From Sphagnum compactum (lineage: Eukaryota): a stretch of DNA of 64,000 nt. The stretch covers positions 19,520,213 through 19,584,212 of the forward strand of contig OZ234493.1 in assembly GCA_965153455.1 (NCBI GenBank), read 5' to 3'. The notes below the pieces were generated by a model. That model was not told where the DNA came from, ran no database searches, and saw nothing but the letters and a program-made list of their open reading frames with translations. Shown one piece after another: positions 25,399-37,340 of the stretch (positions are counted from its first letter, which is position 1; every line of letters begins with the position of its first letter). Both the position numbers and the translations under genes were made by a program.

Positions 25399-26043
25399 GG
25401 GTGAAAGTATCCCTGGGTGGTATCACTATGAATCACTTCAAAGAATGAAAAAGGAACAAAAAACAACCAAATCATTTTCTTAAGCCCTTTATTTTAAATG
25501 TTTTCACAACTATAAATTTTTTTTTTCATGTTTATTAGTTGCATGCACTAATATTATGGCTTGAATTTTATTTTGGAATTAACAAAATTGAAAATTGTTA
25601 AAAATATATATTCTTAATTAAAATGGACCCTTCAAAAATTGATAGCTTTAACTTTGGAAATTTATAACTAAATTATATTTATTCAATTAATTGCCTAAAA
25701 AAACTTAAAAATAGAATGACTTCCAAAATACCTTAGAAAAAAATTCCCAAGAAAATTCTCAAATTATGTTTCAAGTTTGTGTTCTTGACCAAAAAGTTCA
25801 AGGAAATGAACTAACATTACATTCTTGAAACTTTTTCTAAATGCAATGATTAAAAACATCAAAATACACAATATTTATAATATTATTGAAATTTCAAAAT
25901 CTATGGAACCTAATAGATGTATTCATTAAAAAAATTTATGAAAATATTTATTGAAGTGTTTTTATGATTTTTCAAAGTTCGATGGGTCCAGGAAAATCAA
26001 GGTGTGACATTCCTAGTGGTACTACCCAAGGAAACTCTTACCA
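25399..26043. mobile_element. 645-bp MITE with ~35-bp imperfect TIRs and TGTT target duplication, nested in the retrotransposon
   Basis: Left end gggtgaaagtatccctgggtggtatcactatgaat; right end (reverse complement) tggtaagagtttccttgggtagtaccactaggaat. TGTT at 25395-25398 and 26044-26047. AT-rich non-coding interior. Confidence 0.8.
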
Positions 26044-27412
26044 TGTTCCCAAGTGGTCATTAGCCACATCCCTAGGTCCATGGCTCGAATTATTAGCGTT
26101 AATCGATTTTTGGCTTTGGCCAAACACTCTAATGGCATTTGCCTGATTGCAATGGGAGAGGTATTTTATCAACTAGTGAATAGGGTTTTATGCTTGTAGT
26201 TCTGTGATGTGTTTGCTTCTCATTTATCACCATATCAATTCAAGGTGGCGGTTAGAGGTGGTTGTGAGGCCATGATCCATCGTATTCAAGCCATTTTGGA
26301 TGCCCATCCTAATTAGGTGGTGTTTTAAGTAGACATTATAAACGCTTTCAACATCATTTTGCATAAGGTCATCTTCCTAAAGTTTCGGGCAATGGGAGGT
26401 TAACTGTTCTAACTTTTCCCTTTTGTTCATTCTTTTTGTGACGTTTAAATTCCTTTGTTTTTCAATCATCATTCTTCCTTAAGGACTTTGTTTATCATTC
26501 TTTCTTCTATGGGCATGTGCCAAGGCAACCCATTTGTAGGGTCTCTTTTTGTGTTTGTTAATTTTTGCATTTAACGTTGTTTTTCGAGGGTTTTCCCTTC
26601 GTGTCTCGTCCTTTCAATAGTCGATGACACCCATATCTTAGTGCTGCCCATTTTTGTCTCTTTCACCTTTGATCATTTTGCTTCCCAATTGGTTTTTGTG
26701 GGGTTGTTTGTTCAACCTTGTAAGTGTTTGGCTTGGGTTCCATCTAGTTTACTTCCTAGGTTCATAAAATTTTATTGCCCCCTTGATGGCATCAAAATCA
26801 TTGGTGTGTCCTTTGGTTCTACCTCTTTTGCCCCTTTTCTTTTGCAAAAGGTTTTAAGTGAAGATGTTCAACATGTAAACATGCTCCTAAAATTAGGGGA
26901 CATCCAAGTGGTTTTTGGTATCCTTTTTCGATGTTTCACGTAGATGCCTTTTTCTTTTTTCTTGTTGACCTTTCTAAGTTTTCAAAATTAGCTCATTGTT
27001 TTTACTCAACCCTAATAGAAATTTTTTAAAGACTTTTGGGTTTAAGCCTGAAGTCTTTTTATTCCATTGGTGGGCAGCTCTCCCCATTTTTAGTGGCCCC
27101 CCCATTAAGGTTGATTTTTTTGAAGGTCATTGCTCCAATTGCCTATCTAAGGAGTTGGGCCTTAGTTGCCCTTATCATGCTTCCAAGTTTTTGTTGGATT
27201 CTTGCTTGTCCTTATTAGAGGCAATAAACATGAGCAATTTGGGGCCATTCCTCTTTTACGTGCATTTGAAAAAAAAATCTCCTTTGGGGTTGCAACACAT
27301 GTGTCCCCTTTTGAGCAGTTGGCTAAAAGTGGTACAAATCACCTCCATGAAAATATTTTAGAAAAATTACACGAAAGGTCCTTTACTAACATCATTTCTA
27401 ATTAACCTTCTA

Positions 27413-27933
27413 CAGTAGAACCTATATAATTTTATCACCTAGGGACCGGCAGCCAGTGATAAAGTTTGAGAGGTTATAAGTTATGGGAGAGTTTGGAACT
27501 GTGAGGCGCAGGGTTCAAAAGTTGCAGGCTGCTCTTTTTTCCCATTTTCTTTGCATTTTTGATCATCAAGGCAACCCGTCTTTGGCAGAGAAAAAGGGTG
27601 AAAAACATCTGAAGTCCAACACTTTTTTTCCGAACCTGCTTGTAACCGGAGTATTGTCCCTCCAGCGCACTTCACATTTTGCCCTAAACTAGATATACAC
27701 GGTACAGATCTCCACCAGAATAGTCTTAAACAGAGGCCTATCACTAGCTATTTCCACCATAACTGATCGAGAAATAAACGAATTATAAAATTATAAAATT
27801 GTCGGGAAAGAGGAAAAGTGATAAGTTATAAGAATATAAAATTTTTGCCTAGTCCCATTGATGGACCGGGCTGGAGTGATAAAATTTGAGAGGTTATAAA
27901 ATTTGGGGGGATCAGTTTATAGAGGTTCTACTG
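27413..27933. mobile_element. 521-bp pogo/Emigrant-like (Tc1/mariner superfamily) MITE, TA TSD, nested in the retrotransposon
   Basis: TA|CAGTAGAACCTATATAA ... TTATAGAGGTTCTACTG|TA (16/17 TIR match). An internal direct repeat ggaccgg...agtgataaa(g/a)tttgagaggttataa lies near both ends. Confidence 0.9.
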
Positions 27934-30900
27934 TAATTTGCATTGGGTGTGCTTAAGGTCGTGTGTAGGCAATTGGTTATCACTCACCCAGTCATCCTTT
28001 TGTTTTCACATGGCTTTAGACGTTTTATCCACTATGTTGCACATTAGGTTTTTCCCATCCTTTAGTCCTTGGGGTGTCACACTGCATTTGTAGTTAGCCT
28101 TTGGATCATATGGGGATCCATTTTTTTTGTTACATTCATGGTGAAGAGAGGACGACCTCACATGATGTTGTGTGAAATGTTTTTGTAGCCATTGCAAAAG
28201 ATGTGAGATTTCATGTTTCACGAAAACAAACTTATGTCCTTACACCCCTTGCCTTGCAATCTTCGCATCATCAAATTAACATTGTGTTATTACTTGATGA
28301 TGTTCGCACATTGGCGTATGTTGTCATCGTTAACCCCACTTGAGTTGATTTGATTTTGCAAGTTGTTGTTTTTATAGGGTTGCTACAATAGTCACAATTG
28401 AGGTAAAGAACGATTTTTATCGTGATCAATTCCCAACGGACATGTTTTTCCCTCAAGTTGTAAAGGTTTTCAAATGTTTACACTAGTAGGTGAACGTGTT
28501 TCTTCATTAATGTGCCAACATGGCGTGGGGAACGAAAGGCATTAGAGGCCCTCTTCTTTCAATATTGCACGCATTTTATAGGTAGAAGGTGTTAATGGCA
28601 TTGTACTATGCGTAAGTAGTCTCTATTTTGACACATGTTGTTGTAGTAGGTGAGGGTTTGTGTAGGCTAAATGTCCTTTTAGGAGGTCCTCCCCTTTTTG
28701 TCTTTGATATGTTTTTTGTGACTAGAAGGGGTTTGGGAACTTGATGTTCCCTTTGTGGTTCGTCTTCTTAAGTGGTTCATTTCCATTCTTGGACATGGGC
28801 CCTTCCATATTGGTATTTGTTTTCCCCTTTTTTTTGGTGTTTTGGTTTATTTATGGTTGGCAAGGTGTCATCATTTTGGTATGAACTTAATTATCTCAAA
28901 ATTGGGGAACATGTGACATGTAATTACGGTTTAGGAGTGCTGCTCATTTGTGTGAACTGTCTACATCCATGATCTTGGTAAAGTTTACCACCTTTTCTTT
29001 GTTTTTCATCATTAAAGGAAGATATGCGGATGTTGTATGCAACATCGCTCAGTTATGGTGGGTGCAACACCTTGGATAAGCTCAAACATTTGTGGTGGTG
29101 ATGTTCAGGATGACGTTGGTTTTTTGTGTTCCCGAAGAATCCAAGCACAACGGTGGTGTCCTTTGTGCATTATGAAGACTTGTGGAGGAGAAGCTCTTTG
29201 GGTGGATTGAAGAAGTTCAATGGGCAGATAAGTAGAGTGTTGTTGTTGTTAAGAAGGCATATTTGAGTTTTATAGATGGCTAGTCAATGATTTTGAATGT
29301 TTTGTCTTCTTTCCGCTATGTGGAAATTTTGGAATTGTTGGCTAGGAATAATGATAGGTTCTTTAAAGGCATTGGGAAGTGATGAAGAACCATAGGGGTC
29401 AAGAGCTTGCCTATGTTAATTCCATTTGCTAGTGTCTATTTGATTCTTCTGATGTGATGTGAGGAAATGAAATTCTTCAGGGAGTGAAACTTGCATCAAT
29501 GGAAACTCTGAGGTTTTTAGCATTTTGTTTCTACCAAAATGTGATTTGAGAGTAGTCATAGGATGTTGATTTGTGCCCTGTAAAAGCTTATGTTACATGG
29601 TGTTGAGTGAGTGATGGGTGGGTGAGAATGTTTTGTTGTTGTTGTGGTTCTAGATTTTTTGAGTTGTTTTTTGAGTGTCATGTAATTCTATGGGTTTAGG
29701 AATTTTGTTTGGAGCATGCAATGTGTTCTAGGTTTTGTGTGCTTTGATGGAATCAAAGCTAACAAGGCAAAGATAGCTTAAGAGAGCAGACATTGGATCA
29801 ATCTGATCCCACGATAGTGGCTTAAATTACCAAGTAGTTACTCCAAGAATATGTACAAATGTTGTGGAGTTACTCTAGACCATCTCATTAATCTCATTTC
29901 TGCACTGATTTCCTTCTTCTCTTCAAGTTTACGTAAAGATGAGTAAGCTTGTGTGCCCTGTTCTTTTTTGGTTTACAAACCATTGATTTGTATCCTTTTT
30001 AAAAAATCAGAATCAAAGAACTGTCTATGCATTTATCAACAAACATGCCAAGATTTTCAAAAGCAAGCAGCTAAGCTGGCTGTATGCTTAATGACTTTTG
30101 CATCTCTGCTTTCAGATTGTGCTGTTTTAGACGTGAAACTCTGATTAGAATTCACCAAATGGTCCTAGTATGGGATCAGTCATCTGCAATGTACTTTAGG
30201 TATACACCTATACACACTGTGTTAAACAAAATTTGTGCATTTTCTCCAACTTCCACAGGCCCATCAAGATTGATAATCATGTGGGAGAGAGGGGTCGAAT
30301 TGGCTTGCAGATGGAGCCCATCAAAGAATGAGTAAAGGAGAGAACAAGCCATTTACGAAAGGTTGCACTATAGTAAATTCATTACATGAGTTTTCAGTTT
30401 GAGATTTTAGGGTTTAGGGTTTAACCGATTTTATAAATGACCAAATTTGTTGGGGGGGGTGGGGGGGGAGGAAAACAATGATCCCAAGACTAATTTCAAC
30501 ATAGGATGCTTAAAAAATTCAAAGTTTTATAAGTTCCTACTCGTGTGCAAGTTCAGCCAACTTGCAACACTCTCTTTGCCCAGTAAAACACATTTTGCCA
30601 ACTACAAAGTGCCATTCAAAGAGGAAAGGGGGGAAAAAAACGCAAACATTTTATGCCTATTATTAAGGCCTGAAGAAATCAATCAGCTAGCCTAGTACAA
30701 TTATTTATCTCAGAAAGGTGCCAAGAAGTCAAAGGAAATGGAAGGGCAACCTTTCAGCCATTGAAATCACTCACTCAAGAAGTTGGTTGAAATTGGTTGA
30801 AGTTGAACATGGGGTGGGATGGCTCAAGTTTGGTTTTTGCAAATGAGCGAGTTGTCATCATCATCATCATCATCACCTGCCTTACTGCGCATATTTCATT

Positions 30901-32284
30901 CATCATCCCTCCTCTAATTGTAAAAGTCTTTCTGTTATATGGGGCCCATGTCGGAACTCTGAACCTCTCTCTTACAACTGTAAGTTTGCCTGCCGTCTCT
31001 GCAAAGACAGCGGTGAGTGAGTGTAAGTAAGTACGTATGTATTGCAGCTATTGAAATTTCACCGAAGGCGGAGAACCACCGCTGCAAGAGCATCAGCACA
31101 TGGATATACACATATATGATAGTGCAATGAGGTTTTCATTGAATGACTTCATAACTGCATTGATGTTTCACGCAGATGATGCCATGAATCATTGGTGTGA
31201 AAAAATATGTGTAAGAGATAAATTGTCACCATGTGCAGTACTAAGTCTTCTGTGGCAGCCTGTTTTGTTTTTTTTGGGTACTAGGTGAATTTTTATTTAA
31301 AAGAAAATTAAAAAATGAATTCATTTCTGGTCATTTCAGTCTTCAGAACTTCTTCTTTTTTTTTTTCTTTTTTTTTTCTTTTTTTTCCGATGTTATTTAA
31401 TGTTACCAGAGTGCCGATCATTAATAACAAGATTTAGCCACAGTTGGCTATACAGCAGATCTCACAGTAGATTTTTTTTCAAAATCCTTCTGTGACTACC
31501 AGCTACTAAAGCTTAAGGTAGTAGTAATAATCTGGCGATTAAAATTTATTCATTTTTTGAAATCTGGCGAATTTGGGTCATTAACCCTGGCCAGAAGTAA
31601 CAAAAAAAAGAATTCTCTGGATTGCTACATTTGGTTACAGTAAATAGCCAGAAATATAGAAGGACCATTGAAAATTTTGTGTTTTTGTATCTGGATTATA
31701 GCCAGATTTGGCTAAGATGATCATCACTTTTCTTACGTCATCCTGTTGACAATTGCCACTTTGGCTGCATTAAAAAATTCCCCAATTTTGTTTTTAAAAA
31801 AGAAAATTCTTTATTTTGCCCAAGACACTCCTAAAATGAACTCCAAAATTCAAACACAAACCAATGTGAACCCCATTCACACTGAACTGAATTCTAACAA
31901 CAAATAATAATAATATATTTTAATTTTAGAACATATTTGAAAGTTGAGACCGACACAACGTAGTAGCTTTCTTTCAAATATCCGGGGGATATCACCAGCT
32001 TGATATATGCTTTGGTCCAAAGGCAAGTTCTATTAAAGCTAGGATTATGTATGGGACAATAATACAAGTGGTGGTTAGTTACAATGCTTTTTTAATATTA
32101 ACATCCTATTCTTGCTCTAAGGCCATTTTTATAAAAAATGGAATTGATCAATATTCTGAAATAGAATTATTGATGAATAATAATAATAATGAAATATGAA
32201 TATACAATACACAATTCATATTTCATTTTGTAATAAAATTGAAAATTTCAAATATTCAAAGCCTTTTTGTCCATTCATTCAATC

Positions 32285-32317
<33 letters not shown>

Positions 32318-33439
32318 TGAATGTAAGGCAATAGTGTTGTTTTTCTAGCGTTGCGACAAGGCACATTACAAATCATAATCGTTTGCCACCCTGCCTAGAA
32401 ACTTTTTTCTTTTTTAGAAAAAAGTTAATACCCGCTGGGTATCACAAAATACAATTGAGAAAAAGAAGCAACGAAGCTTTAAACAAGTGATAATAATAAG
32501 GGCCTATTGAGAGGGCGCCACCAGCACCGAGGTGCCAGACCCACACCCTGGGTTTGGGAACCCTAAACCCTAAACTGTTCCCTAGGGCCTTTACCTATGG
32601 TTTCAAATTGTTATGGGCTTTGTTTATGTGCTTCTAAAACATGAATATGAATATGAGTATTCAACTACAATTTCTTTTGAAGATTTGATATCATTTTTGA
32701 GTTGCAATTTTGAGTTGCCCTCTTTCTCTCACATGTGACCCATTACTTGCTGCAAATTGTAAACAATAATCAATCACTTGTGACATTAATGCAACCCATG
32801 TTCAGAAAATTGTCCTCTGTAATCCTCCCCTGGCCTGGTGGAATAATGGGTTCCAGGTCAGTGAATTTTGAAGGCCAGAACATGGTTGCAGGATTTCAGC
32901 CCCAATGACAAAGTTGTCAATCCATATTATTATTTTTTAGAGTTTGATTGACTTTTTTGGCTCTTTGGTCAGCCACTCCTGAGTCCTTAGCCACAGAAAA
33001 AGCAAGACCAGTTTTTTTTAAAATAATTTTTTAATTTATTTATTTAAAAATTTATTTAAAAATTTAATTTTCATTTCAAAAAATTATAATTTTAAAAATT
33101 CATTTAAATTTTTTTTTTGTGAGGTAGCCACACTGGTGATCAAATTAACCAAATTTGGCTACAGGTCAGAGGGGAAAGTACACAAATTTTGAGAAGAATC
33201 ATGCTATATTTTGGCAACCTGCTTGAACCTTTTTGTGTAAAATATGGTGATTTCAGAAAAAATTTCCCTCGCAATTTGAGGCTTTATTTTCCACAAACAT
33301 CCTTTACATGAGTTGCAATAGACTATTCTTTTTTGGTTGGCAACTGGAGAAAAATTACCCCCAAAAAACACACCGAGCAAGACCACTCACAAATTCCTCC
33401 AAAATGGCCATACTCAATGTTGGTCTCACAATCAGGCCT

Positions 33440-33960
33440 GTACACGGTATCAACACTGGTATCAAGGACCCTATCAAGCTGATACGACCAGACGCAATAC
33501 CAACCTTGTACCAATATGTGCCTTCTAAGGACTTGAGGTAATAGCGGGTATATACCAGTGTTGGTCTGGTATCAATTTATATTGATACCAGCTGGTACCG
33601 GTATTAGGTTCAATACTGATTTTGAGCTGGTATATGGCAGGTATGTGGCAGGTATATGCCTGGTATATAGACTGGTATGAGACGGGTATTACCTCAGGTC
33701 CCTACCAGCTGGTACTGGCCCTATTATGGGGGGATACCAGACTTAGGTCATACCAGAATGGTCTCGTGTTTGATACCAGTATTGATACCAGTCTCTGATG
33801 GTATATATCAGACCAATACTGGTATATACCTGCTTTTATACCAGTTTTAATACCAGGTGTATATACCTGCCTCATACCAGCCAAAAATCAGTCTTGGACC
33901 CAATACCCGGACCAGCCTAGTCTCAAAGTTTATTAAGGGTCTCAATACCAAGACCAGGAG
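33440..33960. repeat. GGTAT/ATACC-rich fold-back element (MITE-like)
   Basis: gctggtaccggtattaggttcaatactgattttgagctggtat... (~33591-33690) is the approximate reverse complement of ~33826-33916. Dozens of GGTAT/ATACC pentamers switch orientation near the centre. Confidence 0.75.
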
Positions 33961-35376
33961 GGTGGAAATTTGAAAAATACCTAATACTAGGAGACTTTAA
34001 ATCGGGCCTTCGTAGGGTTTAGGCCACTTGTTGGTCCCGGACCCTGATCTAAAGTGGCCCTAAAGGAGCTCTGCCCAGACCCTCCCAATCTCCCCAATCC
34101 CCCATAATTTGCAAGCTTGTTGGGAGAATGAAATTTGGAAATTTTATCTAATAACCTGGAGCGGCGTAAGTATTTTGGAGGATTAGCCACAAATCAGTTT
34201 AATAACCAACTTGGCCCCAAATCGACATGTCCACCATGCCAGTGTTTGGTGACAAAAAATGGGGCCACCCGATTTTTGCGGAACTTTTTTCACAAATTCG
34301 CCATATTTAGACATTAGTTCCTAGCTTTTTGCCAGAACATAGCCGGTTTCTCAACATTTTCCATTTACATCTCTGACCTGTAGCCAAATTTGGCTAAGAC
34401 TTCTTGCCGATGGTCACCAGCCCACCTACCTCACAAAATTGGAGATAGAGAGGGGGGGAACCAACAAAAAAACATGGTGTGGAATTTTTTTTGGTGTGGA
34501 ATTTCGTCAAAACGCTATAAATAAATAAAAACTGTAAAAAGGAATATTCAGTCACAATATTCTAGTTTTTTTCCTGAAAAAAATCGCCAGATTTCGAAAA
34601 AAAAATTAAACTTTCGCCACAATTTTCTTCTGATTTTAGTTGGTAGCAAATTTTACTATTTAGACAGGTTCTAAAAACCTGTAGCCATGTAATGCTAAAT
34701 CCCTCTTCAAATACTGGCCAATGACACAACATCAGAAAAAATAAAATAAAATAAAATTATTAGTTTTTAAAAAAAAAACTGGTTCTTTCATAACCAGTTT
34801 CAAAATTAATTGAACTGCATTTTAATTGGTCAGTTTGGCACAACTTCATTTTAAATGGTCATTTTGGCGCACAAAAAGTGCCAGTGAAGGGACTTGAATT
34901 CATTCAAGAGAGTTGATTGCTGGGCATTGAAAATTTGAACCCATCCATGATGCTGCCATGACTCCCAACAAGCGCGTGCTTATTGATGGCACTTCAATGC
35001 TAGGATCCCTTTGCTTTTGTATAAGTACTAGTTTATCATTGCAGCTCCTGACCTTTTGCCAGCCCACATTAATAGCCATCCTTTTGTCCCCTAATAAGTT
35101 TAACCCCCCCCCACACACACAATCCAGATCTTGTGGGTGACACAAATCCAAACTAGTAATGATGTTAGGCCCAGTTGGTAGTAGACAGACTGGGCATTTC
35201 AGACACATTTTTGACTGAAAAAAATGGCATTTATATGTATTATTATTAATTAATTAATTTTTGGTATTTATTTATTTATTTATTTTTCCCAAGAAGGAGG
35301 CGTTTTTTCTAGACATACACATCTGGAGTTGCATGCATAATTTCAGGAGATATGGTGTATATTACAATCCATTGAA

Positions 35377-35618
35377 TTATTCACATTTTGGAGATTTGCT
35401 TGCCATTAAAGAGAGCCACCTAAACACATGGTATAGTAGGTAGTGGAAGCCTCTTCCTAAATGACTTTTTTTTCTTGGGATAAATGTTAGACATTTGAAT
35501 TGGGTTATTCACATTTTGGACATTTGCTAGCCATTATTAAAGAGAACCACCTAAACACATTTAGGTAGTAGGTAGTGGAAGCCTCTTACCTAAATGACTT
35601 ATTTTTCTTGGGATGAAT
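35377..35618. repeat. ~110-bp imperfect tandem duplication
   Basis: ttattcacattttgga...ccacctaaacacat...gtaggtagtggaagcctctt...cttgggat occurs at ~35377-35485 and ~35505-35618. Confidence 0.9.
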
Positions 35619-36399
35619 TCTACCATCTAAAGGTTCACTCACTCACAAAGAGGGCTACCAGTTATATTATTTTTGTTCCAATTAACCATCTCTCTTTCTT
35701 TGAGTGGGGTTTTAAATGATCAAAATTTGTAGAGTAAATAAACCCCTTTGTCATTCAAATACAAAAAATTGATAAAATTAAATGATGGGTGCTAATTGAA
35801 CCTTTCAAAGAGGCATTTTGCCCCCAATAGGGAGAAAATACATAAATGGTGTAGATGATTCTATGAGATCAATAGTTGAAATGCGATTATCATTGTTGAA
35901 ACCCTAGCTCCTCAAAATTTGGAATGAGAGATGGTCTTTTACCAAGCACGCCATTAGAACTTCTTGAGAACATAAGGGAAATTTATTAAAATCCTTTTAT
36001 ATCCTAGCTACTTGCTTGAACAATGTGTAGAAAAATTGGCAATTTTTCTTCTTCTTTTTTTGAAATATTGACATTTTTGTAAAAAAACATTTCACCAAAT
36101 GGTGAAAAGTTGCCCAAAAAAATGTTGGGATAGAGTGGGGTTAGTTTTTTTTGTTTTGGTTTTTTTTCCATTCCATTTATCCCCATGGTGTGAATGAATG
36201 AACCTCTAGTAAGCATAAGGCCTACATCAATATTCATGCTGTAGTTGTAGGATACTTGACCTTCCTTTTTTTTTCCTCGGTAAAGGGTGGGCAGTTCAAA
36301 AAACATAATCCTTTGAGTTCTATTCAGCAAAATTTCGGTCAGCAATTAAATTATAGTTTCAGTTAAACTTCAGCCATACAACAAATAGTAGGTATTAAG

Positions 36400-37340
36400 T
36401 TAATCCCTTGTTGCCTCATCAACTTCACAATTTGTATTGTGAGGAGTTAGGGGTTAGGGGTACAAAGTAAGTATCCGAACATTCCAAGCAAGCTTGGTAG
36501 TGCAAGGCCATTGCTCTCCACACATGAGGAGAACCCAAAGTGGAGAGGGGCGAAACATACACCTTTTATTCATAAATTTCACGAAACAATTAGAAGGGAG
36601 GAGAGTCCATAGAATGGGCTCCCCTTTCTTCGTCCTGAAAATGTCCATGGTGTAGCCAAGTTTAATCAAAGCATTTGACAATTGTTTGAATCATAATTAT
36701 TTTAATGTCCTTAACAAGTTAGATGGGCTCTTTAACTAACTATGCCAACCAAGACAATGGATGCCCAAGTTGAGTTTAGCACGTCGGCCTTAAAATAGTG
36801 CCTTTTGTATTTACATAAGCAACTTGCAATCCATAAGAAATAAAGCAAAAGGCTATGAGGTAAATCAATGAGTTGTTAGTCAAAGAGAAAGTTGTTAAAA
36901 CTAACATTAGGTTAAATTTGATTGCTCTATTTGAATCAACAATTTCTTCAAGTAATAGTTTTGCCTAGGTAGAAGGTTGAATATTCCTAAATACATTATG
37001 CCCTTCCCTTTGGGAACCTTCATCATTTCTATAATTTGTGTCCCTTGAAATTGTTAAAACCCAAAACTAACTTGGCTTTGTTAATTATGCACGAATGGCT
37101 TTAGAAAAAATAGATTAGGTTGATTTGATTTTTTAAAGGTGTGAACAGACCCATCTCGAAATAGTGCCATGTTATCAACAAAAGATTTATCTCCCACCAT
37201 GGCCTCACTCATAAGAATAAAACCATTAACCCCAAACCTATGGATGTCTAACATGCAACCCAAGTAATGTTTTTTTTTCAGAAACATAAGGTGTATTAAA
37301 TGGCCACAAAACATTTGATGGGGAGACAATGATGGCAAGT
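36400..37340 (-). mobile_element. L1-type LINE reverse transcriptase fragment, decayed
   Basis: ...HYLGCMLDIHRFGVNGFIL...DKSFVDNMALF (FADD-like RT5 motif), followed by YLGI (RT7) near 36985. Stops and frameshifts throughout. Confidence 0.55.

Larger units (their letters stand above)
25030..28880 (+). mobile_element. Degenerate CRE-like non-LTR retrotransposon (RT + CCHC + restriction-like endonuclease), interrupted by two MITEs
   Basis: RT motifs HLSPYQFKVAVRGGCEAMIH, VDIINAFN, GMCQGNPFVGSLF, SIVDDTHIL (26614-26640) and GIKIIGVSFGS. C-terminal CICS*PLDHMGIHFFC...SHDVV zinc knuckle (~28084-28170) and a REL-like INIVLLLDDVRTLAYVVIVNP (~28275-28340). Boundaries approximate. Confidence 0.75.

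Noticed and set aside
30406-32575. Interstitial telomere (TTTAGGG/CCCTAAA at ~30406 and ~32559)
   Set aside because: Only about two units each, which is common telo-box-like background.
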